Below, piece by piece: positions 1-12,899 of a stretch of DNA of 64,000 bases. The notes beneath the pieces were generated by a model. That model was not told where the DNA came from. It ran no database searches and saw only the letters and a list, made by a program, of their open reading frames with translations. The translations under genes were made by a program, and so were the position numbers. This DNA is from Okamejei kenojei (taxonomy: Eukaryota). The stretch spans positions 868,001 through 932,000 of the forward strand of contig CM069138.1 of the NCBI GenBank assembly GCA_035221665.1, read 5' to 3'. How positions within the stretch are numbered: the stretch's first letter is position 1; each line of letters opens with the position of its first letter.

Positions 1-430
1 TCTAAGTAACCTGCGAACTCTGGTATACCTGCTTTCTGCACTGTGGTATCAATTAACCTGTTCCTTTCTATATAACTTGCTGCTAAAGAAAATCTTGCCT
101 TCTACATTTAGGAGACAAATAGCCTAAACTGATTTAACTCTGGAGACTCTTTCTTCTAAGGAATGAACATTCCCCTGCTCTACGACAAACCCCTGGTATG
201 TCCTGCTTCTACCAAACTATTCGCCGGAGCCTCCACGAGAATCTAAGCACATCAGGTGCACTTTTATGTACCCGGTAAGGGACTCCATTCGGTCCCGGTG
301 CTGAAGAAGCCTTTTCACGCCATATTACTGCTTCCACTTCCTTCCACTTTGGTGGCAAAACATCTAACTCTATGTCTCCTAAGGTGGTAACTCTGGAGGG
401 AAACACGGGCCCGATATTGGGGCTCATGAC
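1..430 (-). mobile_element. Degenerate non-LTR retrotransposon RT fragment (R2 group, HERO-like)
   Basis: ORF 209-427 PPKWKEVE...SSAPGPNGVPYRV.K.APDVLRF.WRL..IVW, continuing with frameshifts to ...RLIDTTVQKAGIP. This is the typical RT N-terminal region of HERO/R2-group elements; it runs off the window edge. Confidence 0.7.
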
Positions 431-1594
431 GACAGGCCCACTCAGTGTTCAAACAACATAATGTCCGAAAACACAAGGCCCATTCAGTGTTGGTATTGCA
501 TGATGCCACAGAAAGTAGGCCCAATCTCTATTCAATGTACTCTGGGCCCAATAACTTTAGTCGCGGTTACCCTGATAGTGCGCTGAATGGGCCAAATGCT
601 ATCAGCCGAGAGTAGTCCAGGATACCCAACTAGTGGGATGAGTGGCTTTGTGGCTCCGTGTGGCCTATTCTTAGTTTGGGGGCTGATACTACCTCACTCA
701 CCCGCCGTCAAAGGCCCAACCAATGTCAAAGTGAAAGCATACCCAAGATGGGTAACAGGCAAATCGATCTGAACTAATTTACTATCCGTTGGAGTAATAT
801 GATCCCAGCTAATTCCAGATGCTGGTGATTAATTCTTAATGTCTATCATTGTCTCTTCTTGCCCATTCTAGACTCCATACCCAAAATCATACCCACGCAC
901 TTTGCTGATCTCTCTGCCGGTGCGGCTGTACCAAGTGCACTCTCGTTGCCTTGAAACATTTTTTGGAATATTCGACAGTAATATAAGAAGGTATTGTGTT
1001 ATTGCTTAGAGCTTGGTGGAGCAAACAGTTCATCACGACGACCTATTTGTAGAAGATATCTTCTGTATAAGGGGAGGTTGCGACAAGCGCCTATGCGGTC
1101 GTTCTTCTCCTGGAACTTTGGCATAAAATGCATTCAAATATACATGGCCTTACGTCATCGGACACCTGAGCACGCAATGGTCGCATAATCGAAGTCACTC
1201 CTGTTGTACTAGCCAGTGACGATCTGAGAGAAAATATATTTAGGGAAATGGTGGAACACGAAGAAATACGAGAGCGCATTTAGCGTAAGGTGCTGGTTCC
1301 TTCGAGAAACGAACATAGCAAACCAGATTAGGCTTTTGTAGTTCCGCTTTTATTTGTGTTTTAACAGAAACATATCACAGAGACGCTTTTAAAAGCATAA
1401 CACGAAGTGGTCAAAACAACTGAATTCCACACTACATTGAACATGTAGCCTGATAGTCAAAGGTTAATTCTGAATTAAGGAAAGGACAATTGAGCAGAAA
1501 TTGAGTAAATATATATTTGCTCATACGCGGAAGGTGCGCACACGTTGGATTGTTGGGAGTGTACTTACACATGTATTTACTTTACATTTTATTT

Positions 1595-1830
1595 ACAGGA
1601 CTTCGGTTAGGCCGCACTTGGAGTATAGTGTGGAGGTCAAGTCGTCCCGTCAAAGAAAAAATGTGGAGGCTTTGGAGAAGATGCAGTAGAGGTTTACTAG
1701 AATGCTGCAGGGGTTAGAATTATTAGCTATAAGGAGAGGTTGGCACACATGGATTGTTTTCTTCGGTGCGTCGGAGGTTGAAGGGAGGCCTGATAGAAGT
1801 TGTTGGAATAATGACAGGCATAGATAGTGT
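1595..1830 (+). mobile_element. CR1 LINE RT C-terminal fragment
   Basis: VRPHLEYSV...LEKMQ.RFTRML motif, matching the other CR1 copies in the window. Confidence 0.75.
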
Positions 1831-2197
1831 GTCTGAATTTAACATTAAGTTTTCTATCTAACACAAACAGCGTTCCCGACTTTCTATACAACGGCATTCA
1901 ACACCGGAAAGACACAAATATGGCCCATGCTAAAGAAAAAGAGAATGTATAGAAAAAAGATCAAAAGAAAAAAGGAAACTACCGTTTGGGAAAATTGACT
2001 TATTTCCACATGATATTCAAATTACGATTAAAATAGTTTGATACATTAACGTTATGTTAAAGGCAACTAGGCAATATCAAACAAGTCAGATAGACGGAAT
2101 AAACTATTGCTTATGATATTGTCTGCTTCAAATTTGAACATTTCCAACGACGTCCATAGACCGGTTAGAAAAATATGCAGTTTTCTACATTCAATCG

Positions 2198-2206
2198 TCA
2201 CTTGAC
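2198..2206 (-). pseudogene. IGHM: IgM TM2 exon (V-K-stop)
   Basis: Minus strand ccctctctttacag|GTC AAG TGA; completes the KVK cytoplasmic tail. Confidence 0.88.
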
Positions 2207-2340
2207 CTGTAAAGAGAGGGAGAGAATATGAAAGTGTATTAGCAGTCTGTGACTAAGATGCCAGGACATCCATAGAGTACGATAATCACTATTTTGTCGT
2301 ACTCTCCAATCAGATGGAAAAGTAAGTGGAATGAACTCGC

Positions 2341-2468
2341 CTTCGCCAGAGTTACGGCAGCGCCGTAGGAAATGCTCAGGAAGAACAGGATAATGAATGT
2401 GGAAGCGGTTGTCCAGATGTTGTCTCTGTCTTCCTCATAGTCCTCAAGAGGAATGTTGTCGGCGTAAT
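2341..2468 (-). pseudogene. IGHM: IgM TM1 exon
   Basis: tttgcatag|AT TAC GCC gives (D)YADNIPLEDYEEDRDNIWTTASTFIILFFLSISYGAAVTLAK; acidic spacer plus WTTASTF motif; 128 nt, phase 1 to phase 0; donor is AAG|GCGAGT. Confidence 0.92.
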
Positions 2469-3733
2469 CTATGCAAAGCAGAACGCAAAGACGTTCACAA
2501 TATATTCTAATATAGAACATTGTACTTTATTTATTATTTACCAAAATAATACGAATATTAATTAGGGATATTAATTTTCTATGAGCTGTTTTTACGTTGA
2601 GGTGATCATCCTCAACAATTGTATCCAAAATCATTAATGGCCTGATTTAATGGCCATTAATTTACTGGCATTAAACACTAAATTCCTTCAAATTGGCCTA
2701 TAAATTCATGACATTGAGATTTAAAAATCATGTTATATTGTGAATTTTTGTGTTAATGTTATTTGGACACTTAGGCTTTTTAACAAATGTTAATATTTTC
2801 TTAAGAAATGGATAGATGTTTAGATCTAGTAATTGAATTTTGTAATTAGCTACAATTGGGTATATATGCTTTAATATATGCTTTAATTTCAGGTCATCCA
2901 AGTAAGATTGTTTCAATTTTGTTTCAGAATGCTTCAATCTATGATAACTGAAAATGTCTTTCAGTTCTCTTAATTTTTAAGAAAGTTATGGACTTTTCAC
3001 TGACCTAGATCACAACTTTTGTGTTAAGTCAATGGAAAAGCTATAGGGAACATGATGCTAATTTCCGAGTATGAAAATGGCCATAACTTTTTTAATACTG
3101 AAGATATTAAAGTGAATTAGGTGTCAAATTAAATTTCTTTTTATGCTTTATTTGATGGGATAAATTGCAGACTTGATTTTTTAAATCTCAAAATGTTGTC
3201 ACATTTCTAACTTGTAGACACAGCTGCTAATAAACAACCGTTTATGAATAGTTTTCGAGAAAGCAATGTGTATGTATATTTCTGGGATTCATTATTCATT
3301 CTATAAACGTCCGCTTCCCATTAATATAATTGACTAATCGGGATGGTATAAAACTTGAAGCTGGTTATTGCTTATGTTATCAGATAATCCTTTGTTTGGA
3401 GATGGCAACCGGAGCTCGGCGAAGGAACTCACTGAATGTAAACATTGGTTCCAATAATTTGCCATAATTCCCACATTAGAACCCTGTTGTCTGTGTTTTC
3501 GGTTAGGGGATGGAGGAAGGCTTGTGTACAAAAAAATAACTTTGAACCATTTTATAGGCATTATTTTTCTAGTGTAAAATATGGAGCATGAATGATCTAC
3601 GGTTACACTTAGTTTTTAGGAACACGTGGAAAACTACTGGTTAAATGATCTGAATGGCCCTTCCGTTTGCCTGTAACTAGGTAGATGTGTATCATTAAGT
3701 ATACGTTTGCCTAAATCCTAACATCGTTTTCGT

Positions 3734-4222
3734 NNNNNNNNNNNNNNNNNNNNNNNNNNNNNNNNNNNNNNNNNNNNNNNNNNNNNNNNNNNNNNNNNNN
3801 NNNNNNNNNNNNNNNNNNNNNNNNNNNNNNNNNNNNNNNNNNNNNNNNNNNNNNNNNNNNNNNNNNNNNNNNNNNNNNNNNNNNNNNNNNNNNNNNNNNN
3901 NNNNNNNNNNNNNNNNNNNNNNNNNNNNNNNNNNNNNNNNNNNNNNNNNNNNNNNNNNNNNNNNNNNNNNNNNNNNNNNNNNNNNNNNNNNNNNNNNNNN
4001 NNNNNNNNNNNNNNNNNNNNNNNNNNNNNNNNNNNNNNNNNNNNNNNNNNNNNNNNNNNNNNNNNNNNNNNNNNNNNNNNNNNNNNNNNNNNNNNNNNNN
4101 NNNNNNNNNNNNNNNNNNNNNNNNNNNNNNNNNNNNNNNNNNNNNNNNNNNNNNNNNNNNNNNNNNNNNNNNNNNNNNNNNNNNNNNNNNNNNNNNNNNN
4201 NNNNNNNNNNNNNNNNNNNNNN
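3734..4222. other. Assembly gap
   Basis: Run of N. Confidence 1.
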
Positions 4223-5215
4223 TTCAACATCAATCAGCATTTATGAAGAAGAAAAATATAAAAACATAGAAAATAGGTGCAGGAGTAGGCCATTCGGCCC
4301 TTTGATCCTACACCGCCATTCAATATGATCATGGCTGATCATCCAACCCAGTATCCTGTACCTGCCTTCTCTCCATAACCCCTGATCCCTTTAGCCACAA
4401 GGGCCACATCTAACTCCCTCTTAAATATAGCCAATGAACTGGCCTCAACTACCTTCTGTGGCAGATAATTCCAGAGACTCACCACTCTCTGTGTGAAAAA
4501 TGTGTTCCTCATCTCGGTCCTAAAGGAATTCCCCCTTATCCTTAAACTATGACCCCTTGTTCTGGACCTCCCCAACAATCTTCCTGCATCTAGCCTATCC
4601 AACCCCTTAAGAATTTTGTAAGTTTCTATAAGATCCCCCCTCAGTCTTCTAAATTCTAGCGAGTACAAGCCAAGTCTATCCAGTCTTTCGTCATATGAAA
4701 GTCCTGACATCCCAGGAATCAGTCTGGTGAACCTTCTCTGTACCCCCTCTATGGCAAGAATGTCTTTTCTCAGATTTGGAGACCAAAACTGTACACAATA
4801 CTCCAGTTGTGGTCTCACCAAGACCTGTACAACTGCAGTTGAACCTCGCTGCTCCTATACTCAAATTCTTTCGCTATGAATGCTAACATACCATTTGCTT
4901 TCTTCACTGCCTGCTGCACCTGCATGCCTACTTTCAATGATTTATGTACCATGACACCCAGGTCTCGTTGCATCTCCCCTTTTCCTAATTTGCCACCATT
5001 AAGATAATAGTCTACCCTCCTGTTTTTGCCACCAAAGTGGATAACCTCACTTTTATCCACATTATACTGCATCTGCCATGCATTTGCCCACTCACCCAGC
5101 CTATCCAAGTCACCTTGCAGCCTCCTAGCATCCTCCTCACCTAACACTACCCCCCAGCTTAGTGTCATCCGCAAACTTGGAGATGTTGCATTCAATTCCC
5201 TCGTCCAAATCATTA

Positions 5216-7771
5216 CAGTTTTTGTCAATCGCTTTGAGACTAGTTTCAGAACCGTGATGTCATTTTTCACAACTCTAGATACAAAACTCACAACCAATGA
5301 TCAAAATGCACTTCAAAACTCTAACACTTTTTCCAATTTCTTGGATACAATTCACATAAACCAAAGATCATTTGTCCATTGAACTATAATCACCTGTTCA
5401 AAATGACACAACTTAACATCAAAGTATAACCATTTCAAAATGCAATTCACACATTACATTTGAGATGACTGTCTATTCATTTCATTACAATAATCTAACT
5501 ATCAATTGATACAACTGCTCAAAATGACAAGTAACTGTTGCATTACTCTTAAAGCATAGTCTCATGGAAACTGAGGATGAGCATGTTCAGATCATGAAAG
5601 TTTCAGGATGACGACAATGATTGACACCACCTGTGACACCAACTTGTTACTGATGATTGATCTGACCTTGTGGTATGTGTGTAAGTGGCATCCACAACAA
5701 CATCTGTAGTGATACAACATGGAGCAGGCAGGTGGGCACCACAGAGGTCAAGTAGGAGAAGGAAGAGGAGGAAGAGGAGGAAGACGTGGTCAAAGGAATG
5801 GCAGTGGACAAGCACCCCGTTTGAGAGGTGGCCATGGGCCCCGTCTGAGAGGTGTGGGGGAACAGGGGTCGAGGACAAGGACCAAGACAGCAATAGCAAA
5901 GAGTCTCCAATGAGATTAGAGCAATGGTTGTAGATCATGTCATCAATCATGGCATGACAATGATTGAGGCAGCGAGAATGATACAACTAAACCTTAGAAG
6001 ATCAACTGTGGCCTCAATCATTAGAACTTTCCGCAATGAGAACCGGTAAGTCTTCAGCATGCACTACAGTAAACATTACAGTGCTGTTGGCTACTCTTAC
6101 TGTAATTGTCAAATGATTGTACACTGCATGCCAATGTGCAGCACAGAGTAGGTAATGTGACTGTGAAAATGTGTTCTACAGTATGATGACATGTTCTTCC
6201 TGTTATATTCCCTACAGAATTGAGACTAGACCCAATAGTGGAGGCAGAGGCAGACTCCTCACTGAGGAACAGGAACGGGCTGTGGTCAACATGGTCCGAG
6301 CCAGAAATGACATTCGGCTTAGAGAAATCAGACAGAACATCCTGGACGATGAAGATCTCTTCAGGAATGTGGAAGCCATAAGTTTGCTGACCATTGCACG
6401 TGTTCTGAAAAGGCACCAGGTGTCCCTCAAACAGTTGCACCGTGTGCCTTTTGAAAGAAATGCAGACAGAGTGAAGCAACTGAGGATTGAGTATGTTCAG
6501 GTATGTTCAGTTTCATGATGCCTGTTTGTGAAAAATTCCCCATGATTGTACTGTAATCAATACTGTACAGTAATTCTCTTTCCAACATGTCTTTTTGCAC
6601 ATAGAGGGTGATGGCCCTGAAAGCAGATGAAAATCATCACAAATGTGTTTTTGTGGATGAGGCAGGCTTCAACCTGCCCAAGGAGGAGAGGGCGAAATTT
6701 AATTGGCCAGCAGGCAACCATACAAGTACCTGCACGACGTGGGGCCAACATCAGCATGTGTGCGGCGATATCAGCAGATGGTGTGGTAGGGCGTAGATCT
6801 CTGATTGGCGCATACAATGCAGAGCTCCTTGTTGCATTTCTTGATGAGCTAACTCTAGTCTGTAGAGCTGTTGGTGTAATTTATGTCATTGTGTGGGACA
6901 ACATCTGGTGCAGGCATGGTTTCAGGCCCATCCCCAGTTCCTCACTGTGTACTTGCCCCCATACTCCCCTTTCCTTAACCCCATTGAGGAATTTTTCTCC
7001 ACAAAGAAAGTGGAAAGTGTATGATCAGGATCTGCATCAACAAGTGACCCTTCTTCAGGCCATGGACAATGCCTGCGATGACATTACAGCAGACCAGTGT
7101 CAGACCTGGATTCGACATGTGCGAAGGTACTTTCCAAGATGTTTGGCAAACGAAAACATCTATGCAGATGTGGATGAGAACCTGTGGCCCAATCCACAAG
7201 ACAGGGTTGATGAGGATGACGAGTGATTGTTGATCCTTTGTTTAGCTTTTTTTTTACTGTACAGTAGCCAGGTGAGGAACACGGCAGTTTGTTTTGCAGG
7301 ACTTTTTTTTTGTTTTGTTACAGTAATTGTTGCTTTCATTCAACCTATGTTGTCTTTGAGTTTGTATTCATCAATAAATTTCAGCTTTGTTCAATGATTC
7401 CATTGTGTCTGTGGTATTCTCTCTACTAATCCTTTTACAGTGACATTACATGTAGCACAGGATGAAACATGTATCACATATTTTGTACTACAATATTTCA
7501 TGGTTGTACGAACAACTAAACAGTGAAACTATGTGTATGTTGTGTGTGGGTGATCTAAAGAAATGTCCCTATGGTATTTCATGATAAATGAGTTGTTCGA
7601 ACCAATGATTCTGTGTGCAAGCTTTCTTTAAAGATATGAATACACAATGCAATGTTTTGAACGTTGGACAGCCTGTGATACAAGTGGTAACCGTTTTGCG
7701 TTTTGTATCTAGAGTTGTGAAAAATAACATCAAGGTTCTGAAACTAGTGTCAAAGCGATTGACAAAAACTG
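5216..7771 (+). mobile_element. IS630/Tc1/mariner DNA transposon (ISRm11-type, intron-containing), degenerate
   Basis: About 75-bp TIRs starting CAGTTTTTGTCAATCGCTTTGA; TA duplicated at 5214-5215 and 7772-7773; removing the element restores the CR1 sequence atcatTAatatatattg. Confidence 0.93.
5719..7226 (+). pseudogene. DDE transposase, 3 exons (5719-6045, 6218-6500, 6605-7226), frameshifted
   Basis: GT-AG introns give in-frame joins FRNENR|IET and EYVQ|RVM; HTH-like STVASIIRTF; catalytic motifs VFVDEAGFN, IVWDN and LPPYSPFLNPIEEFF. Confidence 0.85.
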
Positions 7772-8137
7772 TAATATATATTGTAAATAGCTGGGGTCCC
7801 AGCACCGAGCCTTGTGGTACCCCACTAGTCACTGCCTGCCATTCTGAAAAGGACCCGTTTACTCCTACCCTTTGCTTCCTGTCTGTGTGATGACCGTTTA
7901 ATAACTGAATGCCACAGCATTCTCGACCCAGAGTTAAATGGCCCACTTCTTCATGGGAACAATCTATAATGGTGACACTTTATTCTTGTTCTTTAGGTTC
8001 CACTTAGTTGTCCTTAGAATTACGTTGCTTTCTTTGAATTGATATAGGCTGTTTCTGCTCGACGCTCCTGAACACATTCAGCATCATGTGCATCAAAGGA
8101 GCGATTACATTCTCTTATCATTAATATATGGATGTTC

Positions 8138-8268
8138 NNNNNNNNNNNNNNNNNNNNNNNNNNNNNNNNNNNNNNNNNNNNNNNNNNNNNNNNNNNNNNN
8201 NNNNNNNNNNNNNNNNNNNNNNNNNNNNNNNNNNNNNNNNNNNNNNNNNNNNNNNNNNNNNNNNNNNN
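8138..8268. other. Assembly gap
   Basis: Run of N. Confidence 1.
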
Positions 8269-8269
8269 T

Positions 8270-8395
8270 ATGTGTGTGCGAGTGAGTGCGCGTGTGTGAG
8301 TGTGTGTGAGTGTGTGAGTGAGTGTGTGCGTATGTGAGTGAGTGAGTGAGTGTGAGTGAGTGTGAGTGAGTGTGCGTGAGTGTGGTGTGTGTGAG
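8270..8395. repeat. (GT)n/(GTGA)n microsatellite
   Basis: Visible repeat. Confidence 0.95.
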
Positions 8396-8952
8396 TTTAT
8401 ATTGTTAAATCATCGTGCAATAGTGTACATATATATTGAGTGCATTGCACGATGTAAACGTGGTTTTACAGATGGGCGTTCATATAAAACAGTGAATGCG
8501 CATTTCAATCTATATGTGGAATTAGAAATGTGTGCAGAAATATGCGTGATAGACGCACGGCAAAAGACACGTTCCCCTCGTGCGGGCGGAGGAAGGTGAG
8601 TAGCTACTTTTTTCTCGGAGCAGCAGGCCCTACAAAGCGCAACGTCTGAGATCCAGCCTCAGGTCAAATGGATTGGAAACAAGAGAAGGAGGGAAACGGA
8701 GATCCAAAGACATAGACCCGTATCTGTACAGCAAGAGCAATAATGTTGAAGTGCGCCCGCGATGCGTGCAGTGGTGCAGCTGTGACTTATCTCCACAACC
8801 CCGCTGTTACTGTGCAGTCTGCATCCGTTTTCCGTGAATTGTCGCCAAGATTTTCAAGTATCAACGTTAATATATAGTCTCGTTTTGGCAGAATGTTTTA
8901 TATAATTAATTGGGTGGCCACGTGTTCAGCTCAAGATTGGAGGTTAAAGATA

Positions 8953-8968
8953 TTTATTAGTATTTATT
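8953..8968 (-). terminator. Secretory-form polyadenylation signals (two AATAAA)
   Basis: tttatt at 8953-8958 and 8963-8968, about 30-40 nt after the secretory stop at 8996. Confidence 0.75.
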
Positions 8969-8995
8969 TCAGAGAAATTTGAAACTAATTCATTC

Positions 8996-9384
8996 TCATT
9001 GACAGGAATGAACAGTGTCCATCAATACAAGGGAAACATTCACAACACTGGGTTTACCGCTGGACTTATTGACCGTTCTGACGATAGTCTTCATGGGGAG
9101 TGCTTCGTGCCCCACCAGACAGGACAAGGAGGCTCCGCTAGCCCACTGCTCTGCCCCAACGGATAACAGGCTGTAGGTGAAGATGTCATTGCCGTTCTCC
9201 GCCTCCACCTCGATGTTCCTGTACTTGCTCCCATCAACCCGCTTGTCATCAACTGTCCATGTGACGAAGACCCTGCGAGGGGAGAATCCTCTCACGAAGC
9301 AGGTGAGGGTGAAAGTCTTGTGCGCGGAGATTTCTTCTGTCGGCGGCAGAAGGGCTGAGACGGACGGTGGCAGCAGATGTTGAG
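8996..9384 (-). pseudogene. IGHM: IgM CH4 exon plus secretory tail
   Basis: [17 protein letters not shown]...[10 protein letters not shown]...W...[10 protein letters not shown]...VNKSS. Internal phase-1 donor AGC G|GTAAAC (exon end 9058) for TM splicing; tail with NVS sequon and penultimate Cys. 9058-9384 is 327 nt. The expected acceptor reads AA, not AG. Confidence 0.93.
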
Positions 9385-10694
9385 TTATGGAACAATTCAA
9401 ATGGCGTTTATTATACAAGACGGTTAAAGCGATTAAAAGCTAATATATTCGTACGTGAGTAAACTGACAACCGACAGTATTAACGGAATTACATTCCCCT
9501 TTTGTGACTTCTCTTTGTTCAGACATATACACCTGAATGTGCGTCTCTGCTGTGCACGGCAGAAGATTTGTATGAATCACTTCACACACTCACAACACAA
9601 GATCAAGCCATTCGCCCTCTCTGGTCCGTGTTATTTCTGATGACCATGGTTGTCTCCTGCTCCTTTTGTCATTTATTACTAAATGCAGTTCTACCTTGGT
9701 TCATCTGTCTCACTCAATTCCCAAGAGCAACTGAATGAGACTTTATCAAACCATCGCAGGAGTAGTTAGTGGATGCCAGCGGAGAATGTTGAGCATACAA
9801 AGTGAGGCTTTTTCAAGTGCGTTTTCGAAATCGATGCAAATTATGGAATTCTAAAATGAATTCAGTGAGCACGTTAGACAGTGTGTGTGCAAAAAGACAG
9901 TAAGAGATGCGTTTGTATGACGTGGAGAAAATCACCCATTCTTAAATTACAGAGATGCTGTTGGAGGGAGTTGAGAGGGGAAAGGGAATTTCGAAATGGG
10001 CATTTTGAGCTGGACAATACAAGCAAAATGGAAAACAAAACACTCCCAGGCTCTTTGTCTGCGGCCTTCCTCGGCGTTATATCTAATCCCTATGGCAAGC
10101 TTTCAGAATGGCATTCCTCCGACGTCTGTGTAGATGCAGACCATTGGAGTCAATATTAAATGATCTACATTAAGGTGACGTATTTCCGATATACGGCATT
10201 TGAAGGGTTTTTTTAATTTTAATTTTAATTTCGAGTAACTCGTTTCATGTGCCTAGCTCAGACACGGGCATTTCTGCTACAAGTGAGAGTATCTGCGATT
10301 TACTCCCACCATCACCACGTGGTAATTTGGTAGGCAAACCCATATCCCTGCAAGTCACAACACCGTGCGCTATTTAACAAGCGCGGCGATGCTCTGAATA
10401 CCCATATTGTACCATAGACCAGAGACTACGTATCCGCACATTGACGCTCGCCGCAAATTATCATCGATGTTACCAGTAACCTGTCCGCACCTCATATTCA
10501 TGCAAAGTCATCTCGTATTCTCTCTTTTCCAGTTCTGACCAAGGACTCAGTGAAGTCTTAGCACTATTTCATTTTGCACAGATATTGCTTCGCCGACGAA
10601 GTGATCTCAATAATTAATTTTAGCTTAAACTCAGAAGGAAAGTGCACCAGTCACCTCTGGCCCACAGAGCATCGCTGCAGCTACGCCGGCTCAC

Positions 10695-10989
10695 CAGTTG
10701 ATTCGTTCCGTTTTTGGAGTCGGTATATCATCATAGCTCACCACGCATTCGAAATAATCCCCACACAGCCAGTCATGAGTCGAAATGTTGACTTTGCTCA
10801 CTACGATATCTGCATGTCCTGTGGGCTGGATCTCTGATTCCAAATGTTCCTTCATGTGGTTCCAAGATACTGTGATACCATAAGGTGCATCGGATACCCG
10901 ACAGGTTGACGTTACGGTCATCTCCATTAACTCTTGTTCAACAGGTGGCGGAAGGATTGTAATCTTCGGGTCGCCGCAGGAACTATCAT
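10695..10989 (-). pseudogene. IGHM: IgM CH3 exon
   Basis: gccgcag|AT GAT AGT...DPKITILPPPVEQ...TC...VSW...FECVVS...PTPKTERIN; donor TG|GTGAGC is phase 2 (exon 295 nt). Confidence 0.9.
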
Positions 10990-11124
10990 CTGCGGCACAA
11001 TAATGAATGTGAACATAAGCATTTGCAGGATTAACCGGGATCGAAGGTTTGCACCAATCATCCGCCCCCATCGGCCGTTTTAACCGTTCCTGCAGCACTC
11101 TGACATTAGCATCCAATCTCTTTT

Positions 11125-11994
11125 GACCCATGTCCAAGACACGTCACACGTCCTTCCTTTCTTCAATTACTTCCTTTCTCCAGCCCCCAGTGCCCTCAAC
11201 TTTACCATGGGGTTCAGTTACTCTACACCTCCATCCCCCACTAGTGAGGCCTTAATGCCCTTCGTTTCGTCATGGACCGCTGAACCAGCTAATTTCTCTC
11301 CAATCCGCTTAAAGGAACTGCTCCTTACTATCATCAACGTCTCATTAGAATTCTCCCAATTCCTCCAAATCAAAGGCGTAGCATGGGCCCATGGGCTCGT
11401 ATTGGCCCCAGCTACGGCTGCCTCTTTCTCCGCTAGATCGACGACTCAAAAGGGGCCACTTCCTGCACCTCTGGAGAACTCACGGACATCATTATCATCA
11501 TTACCAATTTCCAGCCTGCACTCAAATTCACTTGGACAATCTCCGACCTCCCTCCACTTTCTTGATCTCACCGTCTCCATCACAGGAGAAAGCTATTGTC
11601 AAACTTCTATTACAACCCCACGGCCAACCACAGCTTGCTGGGCAACACTTCTCATCCTGCCTCCGGCAAAGACTCTAACCCCTGGTCACATCCTCTCTCC
11701 ATCGTATCTGCACCCAAGATGAGCTGTTCCATACAAGGACATCCGGGATGTGCTCATTCGTTCCCATCTTTTATCATAGATGATGCCCTCACCCATGTCT
11801 CCTCAGCATCCCGCTGCTCCACTCTTTCTCCCCTCCCCCCTCCCCCCATCTCAACGGGGACGGAGCCCCCAAAGTCCTCACCTTTCACCCTGTCAGCCGT
11901 CACATATTGCACATAATCCTCCGAAATTTTCGCCACCTCCAACGGGATTCCACCATCGATCATATCTTTCTATCTCCACCATTTTCTGCCATTC
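11125..11994 (+). mobile_element. Penelope-like element RT fragment
   Basis: THVQDTSH...FTM...QFLQIKGVA...LHFLDLTVSITG, degenerate PLE RT; its 3' part resembles the PLE copies at about 35.9 and 44.4 kb; abuts the truncated CH2. Confidence 0.8.
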
Positions 11995-12283
11995 TCATTT
12001 CATGGTTGACTTGGCAGTTATAGACGAAACCTCTGAACCACTCTGCAGCTGGGAATGTCAACTGGCTGGTCGCCGAGAAGTTACCGTTACCGTTCACCTG
12101 GAAGGCGGGAGAGGTGACGATGCCAGAATGCAATGGCTCGCCATTCTTCAGCCAGTTCACAGTAAATTTCGCTGGGGTGAAATCGTTGACCAAACACACG
12201 GCGATCGCTTTTCTGCTGCGCTTGATTTCATCAAGGGCAGCTATGGTAATGGTGACGGTAGGTAGGATGATGTACCACGCGAT
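11995..12283 (-). pseudogene. IGHM: IgM CH2 exon (frameshifted, 3'-truncated)
   Basis: tttcag|AT CGC GTG...; after removing a 4-bp duplication it reads HHPTVTITIAALDEIKRSRKAIAVCLVNDFTP...WLKNG...FSATSQLTF...W...YNCQVNHE. Confidence 0.92.
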
Positions 12284-12530
12284 CTGAAAGAAAATAAATT
12301 TAATAGTAAGATTAAATGAGAACTTACCAGTTCGAAGTTTGATCGTTATTTTATGAGGAGTTACGATGAGGGATTACGTGAAGAACCCGCCTCACGCTGG
12401 CAACGGCATACTTCAAAGCAGCGGCATGAAAAACACAGAACACCAAAAGCCGGAGTAACATAGTAAGGCTTCATAAAAAGACTTAGAACTACCATTTGAT
12501 CATTTATTTTATGAGGGCGGGAGTGGAGGG

Positions 12531-12642
12531 CACGTAATCCCTCATCGTAACTCCTCATAAAATAACGATCAAACTTCGAACTGGTAAGTTCTCGTTTAAT
12601 CTTACTATTTTACTTCGGAGTCACGTGAGTGACTACGTGAAG
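12531..12642 (-). repeat. DIRS internal complementary region (ICR)
   Basis: On the plus strand it reads as the element's 3' end joined to its 5' end (...cttactATTttacttcggagtcacgtg...), i.e. the circle junction. Confidence 0.93.
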
Positions 12643-12899
12643 ATTTTAAAGCTTTCTGTGTTTTTTATGTCGTAGAATTAATCCGTACGACAGTCCGGCT
12701 AAGTAAACACATACATGAGAAACCAGACTAATGTTAGATCATTTCACAATTAACTTTTTTAATGGTTTTAAAGACCATATAATAACCCTCCTTATATCTG
12801 AGGGAAATGATTACAAGCGATAAAAGATAGAAGTGACTACACAACTGATTATAGCAATTAATAGTAAACAAAGCAGGTGATTATAGTGCTCCCAACACC

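Larger units (their letters stand above)
4262..7887 (-). mobile_element. CR1 LINE 3' part, split by the Tc1-like element (pieces 4262-5215 and 7772-7887)
   Basis: ORFs 4339-4821 and 4815-5297 ([26 protein letters not shown]); [13 protein letters not shown] at about 7800-7850; tttctatg-type tail at about 4262. Confidence 0.92.

Noticed and set aside
2706-3205. AT-rich segment with a short inverted repeat (ttgagatttaaaaatca)
   Set aside because: Probably an interspersed repeat, but there are no clear termini or TSD to classify it.
3695-4240. Long ORFs in the track made of X (also 8088-8337 and 47332-48263)
   Set aside because: Artefacts of N gaps.
9834-9841. Octamer ATGCAAAT in the CH3-CH4 intron
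   Set aside because: A single 8-mer is expected by chance in 64 kb, and there is no V promoter context.
8996-12283. IgW, IgNAR or a functional CH2-less IgM variant
   Set aside because: Domain sequences, secretory tail and exon order fit conventional mu; the CH3 donor phase and CH4 acceptor lesions would also break a CH2-skipped product.
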